64,000 nt of DNA from Azolla caroliniana (GCA_043228905.1 JBHGNT010000010.1:17856001-17920000); one strand, 5' to 3'; positions 50,169-62,599 are shown, counted from the stretch's first letter. Program-made: numbers and translations. The notes: generated from the letters alone by a model not told the origin.

Positions 50169-52295
50169 ATGAAAGGGTCGGATCTTGCGGAGGCCATGGC
50201 TTCGGCCGTGGATCGGATATTAAGCGCACGCGAGGGCTCCGGCGCCCTCGACAGAGCCATTGAGGCGGTCGTCGGTACGATCGGCCGGTTCAGCGGAAAG
50301 GATGCCACGAAGTATTTGGTGTCCTACGGGGCAGAAATGTTGATGCGGGACATTCCAGAAGAGAGGCGTCTTGCCGGGTTTCCTTGAGTGGCGATGCCGA
50401 GCATCCATGCGGAGGTGCTCGAGGTGCGGGCGGAGAGCCGTACCTGGGAGGAGTTCGAAGGTTGACTCTTGGAAAAATACAGGCTGGACGACGCGCTCCG
50501 GCTTTCGAAACGAGACTTCATGGAATGGGTGGAGTCCCCCGGCAAGGGAAGAAACGCGTCGGCACTCCTCCGGGAATTCGAAGAACGCTTTGCGCGCCTT
50601 TCGGCGCTTGACCGAACCGTTCTGGATACGAGCCGGGTCCTACTGTTCGTCAAGTCGGTGGACGAGCGGGACCGGGATCAAGTCGGCTCCTTGCTGGAAA
50701 CCAAAGACGGGCTGACGACCGACTGGGCTGCGGTTAAGAGAGTCTGTGGCCGTTTCGACAAACGACAAGAATGGGCTGACAACGGGGCAGCTGGTGCGGG
50801 CTCTGTCACAACAAGGAGGCTTGAACCGGCACCACAAGGGCGAAGGGAAGAAACCCGGGAATGGCTCGAAACTGGTCCGGCTTCGACCGGCATGGTCAGT
50901 GGCTCGTCCGGAGGAGCAGCGCTGGAGGAGTTGACGCGGGCGATAAAGGATCTCCAGATCGCCCAGACTCGAAGGGAAGGCGGCGAACCGGCTCGTGACT
51001 GACGGCCGGTAGCGGGGAACAGGTGCATGTGGTGCGACGAGGTCGGCCACATCCAGAAGGACTGCGGCGATTTCGCAGAAGCGTTGAGGAACCGGGTGGT
51101 ATACCTGTGGGAAGGTCGGGTGCACGCCGGCGACACCAGAAGGGCCCTGAACCGAAACGACGGGCGAGGAGGAATGAAGAGACTGATGGAAGAGGCAGCG
51201 GCCCGACATGTGGAGGCCATCCACTACTCGACGTCGGCCGACATTCGGGTCGGGGGCAGTGAGGCCCGAAAGGAGGGCAAAGACGGATTATGGTCTGCAA
51301 TGCTGGAAGGTCTTGCCGGCGCACGGCTAAGGAAAGATGAAACGGACCGCGCCGTGAGACGGGTCCGAGAAATAACCGGGTGGAGCGACCCGATCGAGGA
51401 GAAGACGGGCTTCGTAGAAGCCGCCTGCCGGAACTACGAGGCTCTGGTAGAGGACAAACGAGTGGGGAAAGCCGGAGCAGCCGGGCCCTCACAACGGTAC
51501 GAGACCCGATTCGGGCAACGACGGAACGATGTCGGTGGGTCCAGCTCGCAAGATAACCCTAGGAAGGGCGGATACCGACTGGGGACGGAAATAGAAAGGA
51601 CTACGGACCTACGAAAGGTCCTAGAAGAACGGATCCTCGACAGCAAAGTGGAGCTATCATTGCGAGAGGTGCTAGGGATCGCCAAGAAGGAGTTCCACGA
51701 CTCCATTGTGGACCTGGTGAAACGGAAGAGGCTGTCGACGGAGATGGAACCGGAAAGACCGGTGGATGTGCGGACGACGCACATCGACGACATGGCGTTG
51801 GAAGATGAGTGGGCGGAGAGCCACTATTCAAGGCCGCACTGGGCCCGAGCAATCACGGAGACCCCGGTAAAGATCGGAGATGTTCAGGAACCGGTGGTGG
51901 CATTGGTGGACCACGGTTCGGAAATAAACCTGATGTCCATGGACTTCTATAAGAAGGGAAAGTGGCCGATCAACACCAAGCACGGGTGGAAGATACGAGC
52001 GGCAACGCGCGCCACCGAGGAACTGCACGGGGCTTGCCCGAACGTGCGAGTCAAGATTGGCGACGTCGAGATTGACCAGCACTTCTTCGTACAGGAGACG
52101 TCCTCGCACCCGGTCATATTAGGGGAACCATACATCACGGCGCCGCGGATGGAGACCAAGGTGCTAGACAACGGTTCGGCCTACGCGAGGGTCAAAAGCC
52201 AGGACGGGCGCCATTCGGTCCAATTTCTGACGGTGCGACCGAACCACGAGCGTAACCGCGAATCCCTCGGTGGCGAAAACCGGGAGGATTTTTAG
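50169..52295 (+). pseudogene. gypsy B gag-protease ORF1 with three in-frame TGA stops (50385, 50463, 51000)
   Basis: Collinear with ORF1 of A. CMWCDEVGHIQKDC knuckle and ALVDHGSEINL protease motif. No frameshifts. Confidence 0.92.
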
Positions 52296-52351
52296 AGAGG
52301 GCTGCCGAGGCGTGGGGCCAAGACAGCCCGGACACTCGGGAAAGACCCCAC
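52286..52351 (+). promoter_or_regulatory. predicted -1 frameshift signal (G_GAU_UUU plus pseudoknot), gypsy B
   Basis: Heptamer 52286..52292, stop 52293..52295. Stem 1 GGGCUG (52299..52304) / CAGCCC (52324..52329). Stem 2 GUGGGG (52312..52317) / CCCCAC (52346..52351). Confidence 0.8.
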
Positions 52352-55300
52352 AGCTGTACGATAGAACCGAAACCGAAGAAACCCTGTACGATAGGTAGGA
52401 AGATTTGCTTCTCCAACAACGGAGGGTGTATGCTAGTCGGCATTGTTGGCCAAGAAAAGGCAAGGGCGGAAGTGCAACTTCGAGCGAGCGGAGTTCTCGG
52501 CCCGGACGAGGAAATCAGCGGGGCCGTGGAGGCGGTCTCCTTCGACGACACCTTGGGGATGCTGAGGAAGGTAGCCGGAGAAGACCTTAACGAAGACCGG
52601 ACGATACCGGTATGTTCCGAAGAGATGGACGAAGTCATCGCGAACTTCAGCCAGGGGCTCCTGTCGGATCGGACGGCCCGAGTTAGCACGAAGTACAAGA
52701 CTGTGGACCGGAAGGTAAGGCCAGTCGCGGCACCCTTACCGGAGGGCAGCGAGTCCCGAATCAGAGGGGTTGCGTCGGACCCCAGTTTACGAGATCCGGC
52801 CTGCATAGGACACACCTTCACCGACGGGACGCTCCGGGAGCTCAAGCTCGGTGGGGGCGGGTTCCTACTGCTGGCGGAGGAAGACCGGTTTCGGAGAATG
52901 CTCGGAAGGCACGGGAAAGCCTTCGCATTTTCGCCGGAAGAGATCGGGTGCGTAGACCCAACAATCATGGAGGCGATGGTGATATTCACGGTACCGCATG
53001 TGCCGTGGAATCTCAAGCCGATCCCGGTACCAAGAGCTCACATCCCGGAGTTGATGGAGCTACTGAGGCAGAAAGTCGATATGGGTATTCTCGAACCGTC
53101 GAGCGTGCCATACTCGAACCGATGGTTTACCGTACCAAAGAAAAACGGAACATTGCGCTTCATTCAAGACCTACAGTTGGTCAACAGAGTGACCATTCGG
53201 AACGCAGGGATCGGACCGACCATAGACGAGTTCGCGGAGGCCTTCGCCGGAAGGTCGATTTATTCGGTCGGTGATCTATACTCGGGGTACGACCAGTTCC
53301 AGCTAGCCGTGGAGAGCAGAGACATTACGACGATGCGAACTCCCCTCGGCCTAGTGCGAATGTGTACCCTGCCACAAGGAGGGACCAACTCGGTGGCCCA
53401 CATGGTGAATGCAATGAACAAGGTACTGAGGGATTGCATCCCGAACATCACCATGCCATTTCTAGACGACATCCCGATCAAGGGGTGCCCGGTGGAAGAG
53501 AAGGACGCAACACTCGGACCGGACGGATGCCAGGGATTCGTGGCAACACACATCGACGACTGCGAGAAGGTGCTACGAAGGCTAGAGGATGCGAGGCTCA
53601 CCTTCTCCGGGGAGAAATCGGCCTTCGGGCAATCAGAAATCCTGGTGGTCAGACACCTGTGTGGACCGTATGGCCGGAAGCCGTCTCCGGCAAAAGTTGA
53701 AGCCATCTCCGCGATGAAGACCGACTGCAGCTCGGTTACGGAAGTTCGGAGGTTCCTGGGGGCATGCGTGTTCTACCACATATGGATCCCGCATTACGCC
53801 CACGTTGCGGAGCCGCTATACGGGTTGCTGAAGAAAGGGCGAAAATTCGAGTGGCAAGACAAGCACACGGAGTCGGTCCGGAAGCTGAAGGAAGCTCTTG
53901 CGGCAGCACCGGCGCTCCGGAAGGCTGTCTACGAGAAGGGTACCCCGGTATACATAACGGTGGATACGAGTCCGACCGGGATCGGATGGGTCGTCAACCA
54001 AGAAGACGGGGACGGCATTCGGTTCCCGATCCGATTCGGCGCGAAGGTCCTCAGTGAGCGACAGCGAGGGTACGCCCAGGTTAAACGCGAACTCTAGGGT
54101 ATCGTTTCGGCAGTAAAGGCCAACAAAGACTACCTGATCAGGACGGAAGTGATTATCGAGACGGATTGCCTGCCAATTCTCGGCATGGTTTCCGGATGCG
54201 CGACACCGGACCTGGCGATGCTCAGGTGGATAGCATACATCAAGTCCCTGGATCCGGAAATACGGCACATTTCCGGGAAGGACAACGCCATAGCCGACAT
54301 GCTTTCGAGGGCGAGGTTTGATGACGAGGGCGGCATGGTTTCGGAGGACGAAGAAGTCGGCGTGGACTTCTTCGAGGCGGCGTACGTGACGACCGATGGG
54401 ACGAGCACTCCGGCACTTAACGACTTCAACGAGAGCAAGTACGATGGCGAGTGGCTCCAGATCGGTGGATTTTTTAGGACAATGACGCCGGATGCATCAT
54501 GGACGAAGGACGAGGCCAACTGGATCCGGAAGAAAGCTTACCGATTCTTTCTCCGGGACGGATACTTATGGAAGCACCCGAAGAAGAGGAACGGCGTCCC
54601 GCTCCGGGTGGTGGCGATGAAGGAAGAACAAGAGGAGCTGTTGACGGCCTACCACGATAGCCCTTGGGCTGGACACCGTGGAACGTGGGCCACGTTCGAG
54701 AAGATAAAGGGGAAGTACTGGTGGTCGGGACTGTACCGGGACATGCATCGGTTCGTGATAACTTGCGAGAGCTGTCAGATGCACTCCGTGGTCCGACATC
54801 GAGACGAGCTTCACCCTACGTACCCTCCGACCATCCACTTCAAATGGATGGTAGACCTAGTGACGATGCCGATGGGAGTAGGACAGATGCGGTACCTGGT
54901 CCTGGCTCTGGAAGATCTGACGAACCAAGTGGAAGGCCGAGCCCTTCAGAACAAAACGACCGCAGTCGTATGTCGGTTCTTGATCGAGGACGTGATATGC
55001 CGGTACGGGTGCGTCGGGAAGATCGTGGCTGATCGCGGGGAGTTGGACGCCGAAGAGGCCGAGGAGCTGTTCGACCGGCTAGGAGTCAAGCTCTCGCTTA
55101 CCACTGCGTACAATCCGGAGGCGAATGGGAAGGTGGAGTGCGGACACGGACCAATCGTCAAGGCGTTAGTTCGGGCATGCGGAGGTCAAGTCGGGAACTG
55201 GCTGCGGCTGCTGCCTTACGCGTTGTGGGCGGACCGAACTACGCACAGTTCGGTAACCGGATTCATGCCGGCAGAGCTCATGTTTGGGCAGAAGCCGATC

Positions 55301-55789
55301 ATGCCAATGGAACATATGATCTCCTCATGGGCAACCGTGGCCTGGAGAGACGAGATGAACCGGGAGGAACTGTTGGCGGCGCGCATACGACAGCTCGAGC
55401 GAAGACCAAAGGACGTGGAGCAGGCTGCGGAAAAGCTTCGGGAAGCAAGGATGAGGAACAAAGCCCAGTTCGACCGAACGCACCGGCTCCGACCAAAGAA
55501 GATCGAGGAAGGCGACTGGGTGCTAGTCTACGACAGCAGCCTCGACAACCAACACCGAGCGACACGGAAGTTCGCAAGAAGGTGGTTCGGGCCTTACGTG
55601 GTACAAAGCGCCAACGACAACGGGACGTACCATCTGGCGGAACTCGACGGCATGAGAATGGCGATACCGGTAGCTGGGAAGCGGATCAAAGCATTCAAGA
55701 AGCGTCACGACGACGAGCCGGATCCGGTTAACCTGGACCGGAACGACGAACGATCCGAAACCGAGGAAGAACCGACGGGCAGGGAATGA
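52286..55789 (+). pseudogene. gypsy B pol ORF2 (RT-RH-INT) with one in-frame TAG (54095)
   Basis: RT motif FLDD intact. The TAG replaces the Trp of KRELW seen in element A. Confidence 0.92.
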
Positions 55790-55848
55790 AGGCTGGACCC
55801 AACTCAATTTGGCGCATGCCGGTGGATGCGCGGTTAGGTGGGGGCGGA

Positions 55849-56483
55849 TGTCGTGAAGAAAACCGTCCACAAGCGGAATCGGTGCACCGGGGCATAGGAA
55901 CCGGCTCTTCATGCACGTACGCCTTGTGTTGTACATAGGAGAGAATTAGGGACATGGGAGATCCTAGGTAGATAGATTCGGTAGGTATAAAGTTAAGAGG
56001 AAACAGCTCCTTTCTTGCCTATAAAAGGAGGGAGACGAGGAGGTGAAGGGGGGGCGAAGGAAGAGAGGACGAAGTGCTGTCGGATTGTGGGCCGAAGGCT
56101 TCTCTCTCTTCCAAACTCCATAGCTTCTTTCTGCACAGGTTTCGGGAGGCTCACGTTGCTCTGAGGAATGCCCGAGTGGTTCCGGCAGCACCTCCAACCT
56201 ACTCCTTTCTTTCTGTGCGTTTACGAACAGGCATCGGCATATGTTCGCCGGCCTGTTCGGTTGTAACCGACTTCGTGTTCTTGTTGTTTGTCTTTGTTAA
56301 TACATACATACATTCGTGTCTATCTGTGTCGTTGTCCCACTCGTGTCTTTGTGTCGAAGGGTCGTGTCCCTGCGAATCTACGCTCGCACGTAGTGGGTTC
56401 CCTTCTCCTTTCTCTCTTGCTCTTCGGTACAAGACCCCCGAGGTCCCGCCTCATTCCACGCATCCGCGAGGGATACCTCGACA
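55849..56483 (+). repeat. 3' LTR of gypsy B
   Basis: TGTCGTG...CGACA; matches 49491..50125. Confidence 0.97.
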
Positions 56484-56876
56484 CCGTGAGGAATATATTT
56501 GGGAGTTAGTGTAGGACCTCTTGATGAGCATTGAAGTACTGTCAGTACTTCGGTCAGTCCTTCTAGGACTTGTATAAAAGTGTTCACTAAGCACGTCTTA
56601 TGTACAGACTGAGTATTATTGTTGAATATAGTTTTTTGTTTTTCTCTCTCTCTGTCTCTCCTGCATATACCGTGTAAGCCCAAGCTCACCATTGAACCTG
56701 AGTTTCCTCCCTTCTGTTCGGTCTTCATACTTGCTTCCGCACGCTACTTTCTACAGTGAGGCTCTGAGGCCTCTACGCTCAATGGCGATGGCCTTCATGT
56801 TAAAGTAGTGTTCTCAAGCCACTTCATGCTCCCCTTTCACGATCAATGTGTGAGTTTGTTGAACCCCTTCGTTGAA

Positions 56877-57217
56877 GCCAACACCATGTAATGGAGCTCG
56901 ATAGAAAATAAGTCTCAAGGTAAGCTTGCGAAGAAGAATAAGAAGAACACGAATAACTAAGAACCCTAATACTCACGGAGAAAAGGGAAAATAAAACACT
57001 AAGACCTCAAGTACGTTTAGGAGAAGAGGAAGAAAAATGAAGAAGGAAGCAAAACCCCTAATGGTATGCACCAAACCATAAAATGGGCAACTCGAAATAA
57101 ACCCTCTTCTCCTCTTTTTATAGAGAAAGAGGCACCTATTTTCGGCATTTATTCCCAAGTTTTTGCTTCCTTAATATGCACCAATAGAGATTTGAACTCT
57201 ATACCTTTTACACAACT

Positions 57218-57253
<36 letters not shown>

Positions 57254-57364
57254 GTTTGTGTAGCTATGGCTAGACCCCCTTTTTATGCACTTTCTACCTT
57301 TGTCCACTCCACATTATGACAAAATGTATATGTGTGTGTCGCCTTATATGTCACGAATGTGACA
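56877..57364 (-). mobile_element. possible older LTR plus PBS into whose leader the copia element inserted
   Basis: Minus-strand TGGTGTTGGC abuts a TG at 56887, and a minus-strand CTATAAAAAG lies near 57120. The distal end is uncertain. Confidence 0.3.
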
Positions 57365-57639
57365 TGGGTATGTCAGTTATTTATCATGGATGGGTCTTGC
57401 ATGTATCATAGATGTTTCATGGTTGGGTCATGCAAGGGATGTATCATAGATGGGTCATGGATAATCATGCATGGCTATGGATGGGCATGCATGAGTCGTA
57501 CATATACAAATAGAAGAGCAACCATGAGCTAATTGATGTTTACGAGGATAGACTCAATTTATATACGTGACTTCTAATCTTTTGTATAATTGTTCCATTG
57601 AGTCTCTTTAATGGCCATCATTTAAGCCTCAACAAGAAT

Positions 57640-58280
57640 GAAACGTACATAGCTCTAATTATGGATGTTGACAAATATCGAAATGTTGTTAACATTCTAA
57701 ATTGCCACTTTTAGCAAAAGCCTTCATTTGGAGAGGATTGATTAGGGGGGTTTACCTTTCAGGATTAGCTCTATAATGACATGGAAGACAATGGCTTCTT
57801 TTGCGTTGTTCAAGTGGAAGATAGTATTTATCATTTGATATGATGTTTGGTTGCTCATCAAAATTGGGGTTAACTTATATTTCTTAGATTTAAGAAGTTT
57901 TGTCATGTTGTTATGGGACACCAAGAGAGTGGGTATTTACACAATCCACACAAGTCCACTCTAGATTAGAGTTGGAGATTGTCTTCCTTCTTTTGGGATA
58001 TTTGGCGAAGGTGTATAATTGAGATACGTGCAATGGTTTTGTATTTGATGGTCGGGACAAAGAGTATCTACAAAAGGTTATGGGAGTATTGATGTGGTGG
58101 GTTTGTTTGTTGGAACAAGTTGAAATTCTTTCCTCGGTGGAGTGTTTATATTGCCTAGCATTGGCAATTCAACATGATCCCTTACCCACACATTGGTTAG
58201 ATCACTCAATTGTGATACCATTGTAGTGTTATTCACAGACATTTGTTAATATAATTGTGTGTTTTCAACAGGAAAGAAAA
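57640..58280 (+). mobile_element. 3' fragment of an L1 LINE, same family as 545..1766
   Basis: Shares AAATTGCCACTT.TAGCAAA...TTGGAGAG and the 3' end TTAATATAATTGTGTGTTTTCA followed by an A-rich tail. Confidence 0.8.
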
Positions 58281-59099
58281 AAGAAAACAAACTTTTTAAA
58301 CTTCGCTAACTTTAGACAAAAGCCCACATACAAAAAGTTGTCAAGTGACTTCCAAAATCAAGACGCTAACCCACGAAATTCCAACTTACCCATTACTTGA
58401 GATGTCTATCGTTTGTATGTGTGATATGCGGTGGCACTTATCCAAATTCAATATAGAGTTTGTTTCTTGAAACAACTTGAATAATTGTAAGCAAAGGGTG
58501 CATTCTCTATCCAATGTAGTTGTACCATACACCAATGTTCTCCGTCACATTTTCGAATCTTTCATAAGAATACTATTACTTTTAAATATGCATTTGTGGT
58601 TGACCATTATTGTATGTGATAAGAAATTAGGGTGAGTTAACATGTTGATTTAAGAAAGTTCATATAATTAAATATGTATAGTATTCTCTTGCTTAAATTA
58701 AGCTTTCACATGCCAATAGATAATTAAAAACCTTTGTTAGGAGGAATCACAAGCAGGTTGAAATATGATAAGGGAATGTGTCAAAAGGAATCACGAGCAG
58801 GTTTAATAAACGATGGTGGGTAATATTGACAACAATATTCTCATGCCTAAAAGTTATAAGTCTTAGATATGAAAGAGTAAAAAAGCATTTAACAAATTTA
58901 ACCACTACGTTACTTAAATTGTCCTATAGCCTTATGAACATAAAGTCATGAAGGAATGTTATTGGATTGGTGTTCACCATGGTTACGATTAAATCTTAAA
59001 GTCTTTTCCAAACACTTGTTCGAAATAACTTGATTCTCATTAAATGAGGCAAAAACAAAGATATTACAAAATAAATGACCACCTCCCAACATATATTTT

Positions 59100-59850
59100 T
59101 TTCTTTCCAAAAAGATACTTCATTAGTATTAAGAAACGTACCAAGGCTATAAATCAAATATGTACATTTAGGTGATGAACCCCTTTCTAAGTTCTAATTG
59201 TTGGCTTAAATAAATACTTGGGTGTAGAGTAGAACCACTCCACCTTATCAAAAATCCATCCATAAAATATTCCTTTGTCCCATATGGCATGAAACTCCAA
59301 TCGTTTTACCTCTACTATCACGTATGTTATCCAAAGAACCTCTGAGATTATGCACAATCTCTATCCAAATCCTAGAAATTATTTCGGTAGGTCTCTCAGT
59401 CACATTTTGGAATGCATTCAAACATGTAGCCTTCCAAATATACCAAATTGTGCTACTACTTACCAATTGCCATATTTCAAGTTTATTGGTATCTATTTGT
59501 GGAATCAGAGGTATAAATGTTTTTTTGCATCAGACCATGTCTCATAACAAGAGCGTACACAACATCCTCTTGTTCATATACCATTGGTTTATTTTGTACC
59601 ACCGCCCATAATATTGTCCCCCATGTATATACACTACTCAAGGATATACTAGTATCTACAACGTTACGATTGCTTTCCATATTCCCATCCTAGATTCACA
59701 ACTCCACAAACAATGCTTAGCAATCTCTACTAGATTCATACAAAAAGGACACCTCCCAACAAACCTTCATAGAATCCAACTGTGGTTAACGTACAATCAT
59801 CATCAAAATAATTCTCTCTCTAAGCCTTCTACTTAGAACACCAAAACAAC
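59100..59850 (-). mobile_element. decayed L1 LINE 3' fragment (zf-RVT region), different family
   Basis: Minus-strand CPFC..VEIAKHCLWSC and TIWYIWKATCLNAFQ...IWIEIVH, plus a T-run near 59096. Boundaries approximate. Confidence 0.7.
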
Positions 59851-60641
59851 TTAAAGCATTGAGGAAACAAGGCATATAAAACGGAGCTTTCGACTTACAA
59901 AAGCAAGACCACCCAAAACACTAAGTAAACAAGGAATACGTAAATGGACCTTCTACTAGCGAGACCAATACAATTGAATCATGTTTTTCATGAATGCGCC
60001 AACATGACTCATATTGTGGAGTATTGCATTCCCAAGGATCACTACTTATTATAGACATACTGCCTTTCTCGTTCTGGGGCCTAGGCTAACCTAGGGATTA
60101 GGGTATGTTGTTGTCCAAGAGCAAAGAGCGCATGATATGTCGACACATAAAAGCACTTATCTCTTCACCTCAAGTAAAGGTGAAAGCCTCCAAGCCTCAC
60201 CACCACCTATATGTGTGAGAAACTTCTATTGGACTTTATTGAGTTATCAAGGTCATCTCTTTTTTAACAAACATTCCTCTTTCTTTAATATGCATTTGAT
60301 ATCGTAGCATATGAACAATAATCCAAGCTCTGGCTATTTCTGTTCATGGTATGTCATTTGACAATACTTGCATGATCCGACGAAAAGCTAATGTTTCTTA
60401 ACGTTCTTCACTCACTGATAATCTTGAGTACGTTATGAGTAGTGCCTTTGATTCTCACTTTCTTGATTTTGCGAGTAGGCTTGAGCTTTTCTATGGTTAT
60501 CACTATATGGATCTATGTTTTTTAAAGTAAAGAACACGTATATCTCGATTAATTAATGGAAAAGCTACATAGAAGAAAGTAGCCCTTAGTGGATGTAAAG
60601 GGGAGAAAATGTGGATAAAAAATTTAGCACCCAAACTTAGG

Positions 60642-60904
60642 TCACCCAAAAGGCCTTTCTACATGAGACCTCTTATCCTTTTATACAAGGTACCCTAACG
60701 GGTTTTTTTTTTAATATTACAAACTCATTGGCCATTACCCATTCATAAGAGTAGTTCCCCACAAATGAAAATATCACCCAAAAGGCCTTTCTACATGAGA
60801 ACTCTTATCCTTTTATACGAGGTACCCTAACGGGTTTTTTTTTAATATTACAAACTCATTGGTCATTACCCATTCATAAGAGTAGTTCCCCACAAATGAA
60901 AATA
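60642..60904. repeat. recent tandem duplication, ~132-bp unit
   Basis: TCACCCAAAAGGCCTTTCTACATGAGA...GTTCCCCACAAATGAAAATA occurs twice, nearly identical. Confidence 0.95.
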
Positions 60905-61550
60905 TTTCCCGTATTTCTTACATATATTTGGACGATGGCCAATACTTTATATTATAAATACTAAGCTTTATAGAGTTGTTAAAATAAAGAATATGACATT
61001 ATTTACCTTAATAACCACTCAAAACATTGAGGAAGTGAGGCATATGCAATAACATAAACAATTTATTCAACATAACATTCATAATGGCCACATCTATGTA
61101 TTAATAAAAATAATAGTCATTAACAACAATCATGCTATTTGTGCATTCACGTTTCTTCTTTTCCACACAATATGTGCACTACTAAAATTCAAATCTAAAA
61201 CATAACACTATCCAAATAAAAATGCATTAAACTAGACCCAAGAAATAGATATGGTATATCGCAACATCATAAGGCAAATGCAATACCTTATTACGTTCCA
61301 ACTCTCCCTATGTAGGGAAGGCAAGGATATTGTAATCATTGTTTTTACACACAATTAATTTCGTTGTGTGGTTTACCAAAAAGAAAAAAATATATATATA
61401 TCGAGAGAGAGAGAGACTAAGACAAGTGTAAGAAAGACAAATATGTAAGGCATGTACAAGGGGAGAAAGGCAGAGAAAGGCCAATGTTTGCAATAGGTCA
61501 ACATTTTGACAGTCCTAGAGAAGAGGTATTGGGATAACTAAACTAACTAT

Positions 61551-61615
61551 GAGAGTTAGCTCAAATGGTACGAGCTAAATACTTGAAGGTTAAGAGTTTA
61601 AACCTAGCTAGGGGT
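61551..61615 (+). other. degenerate tRNA-derived (SINE head-like) sequence
   Basis: A-box-like TAGCTCAAATGG and B-box-like GAGTTTAAACC. Too short and degenerate for a functional tRNA. Confidence 0.35.
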
Positions 61616-62279
61616 GATGAATTGGAATGTGAACTATAATGGAAAGATGGTGGCAATGACGTGAGTGTGAACATGGTAATGAGCATTTTGACTAGCATTA
61701 TGTGCCTGTGCTAGGCTAAGATAGGTGCATGCTAAAGTCTTTTTGAACAAAGACACCCATGTGTCGACGGACATAACAAAATGAGACAAAGAATCAAGAG
61801 GGTACAATGGTGGGAAATGACAATGAATTTTACTCTACATGCAATTTTACAGATAAGCAACAAGACATTATTAGGTACAAAATAAACACATGAAGTAGGA
61901 TCCTCGAGAACAATGGTTAAAGAAGATCCTACATTTTTTAGAAAGGAAACAAATGTTCCACAAGATCAAGTGATTCAACTAATCACTATTATTCTTTAGA
62001 AAGAACATTGTCTTCCTTGGTTCAGGTTCCTCGGTCCTTCTCATATTTCATATGCAGGAGTATAACTTCTCGATGATGTAGAGGGAGTTGTCTGACTTGG
62101 ACATGTAAATGATGATGTTGTGTTGGAACTATGTGATCTTCAACTACCATACTTTCACAGGTTCATTGAGACTTACTAATGGATTCTTGAGCCAACATAC
62201 AACACACGGGTGAGATTATGACTTGATTGTACCATTGTTGTGTAAACATGTGTGTGTGTGCTACTTGAACGAGACCATG

Positions 62280-62530
62280 GGGGATCTTGGACCATGGAAG
62301 ACTCGAACGTTGAGGGAACTCGAACACTCAAAAGACTCGAATGCTCGGAGGACTCAAACACTCGAAGGACGCGAACACTTGGAGGACTTGAAACCTTGAG
62401 GAGACTCGAACACTTGGAGGATGCAAAAGCTCAATGACCTCGAATGCTCATGGTGACTGGAACGTAACCAGGCATTCGAACTTTGAGGGACTCCAACGTT
62501 CTAAGGACATGAACACTCCTAGGAGGCGAA
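62280..62530. repeat. degenerate 18-bp tandem array (GGAGGACTCGAACACTCG-like) downstream of the PBS of gypsy remnant C
   Basis: About 12-13 units visible. Confidence 0.8.
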
Positions 62531-62599
62531 TGTTCCTCCTTAATGGATGACCCAAAACAATTCGTTAATGGGCCCCCAAAATTCCTTCGTCAAGGTTTC

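Larger units (their letters stand above)
49491..56483 (+). mobile_element. full-length Ty3/gypsy element B (6993 bp), same lineage as A but a different family, inserted in the copia 3' LTR
   Basis: 635-bp LTRs with about 12 mismatches counted by eye, 4-bp TSD CCGT (49487..49490 and 56484..56487), tRNA-Trp PBS, and PPT before 55849. Confidence 0.98.
40131..56755 (+). mobile_element. 5'-truncated Ty1/copia element (RT, RNase H, 3' extension, PPT, 3' LTR) carrying two nested gypsy insertions
   Basis: RT 40265..41217 and RH from 48300 rejoin in frame (...LRYV|SGTKDRG...) once 41218..48299 is removed. PPT at 49359..49370. The 3' LTR is 49371..49490 plus 56488..56755 (TGTTG...CTTCCGC...TACA, about 388 bp). 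Confidence 0.9.

Noticed and set aside
61551-61615. Functional tRNA gene
   Set aside because: No complete cloverleaf or anticodon arm and a degenerate B box. Kept only as a low-confidence SINE-like relic.
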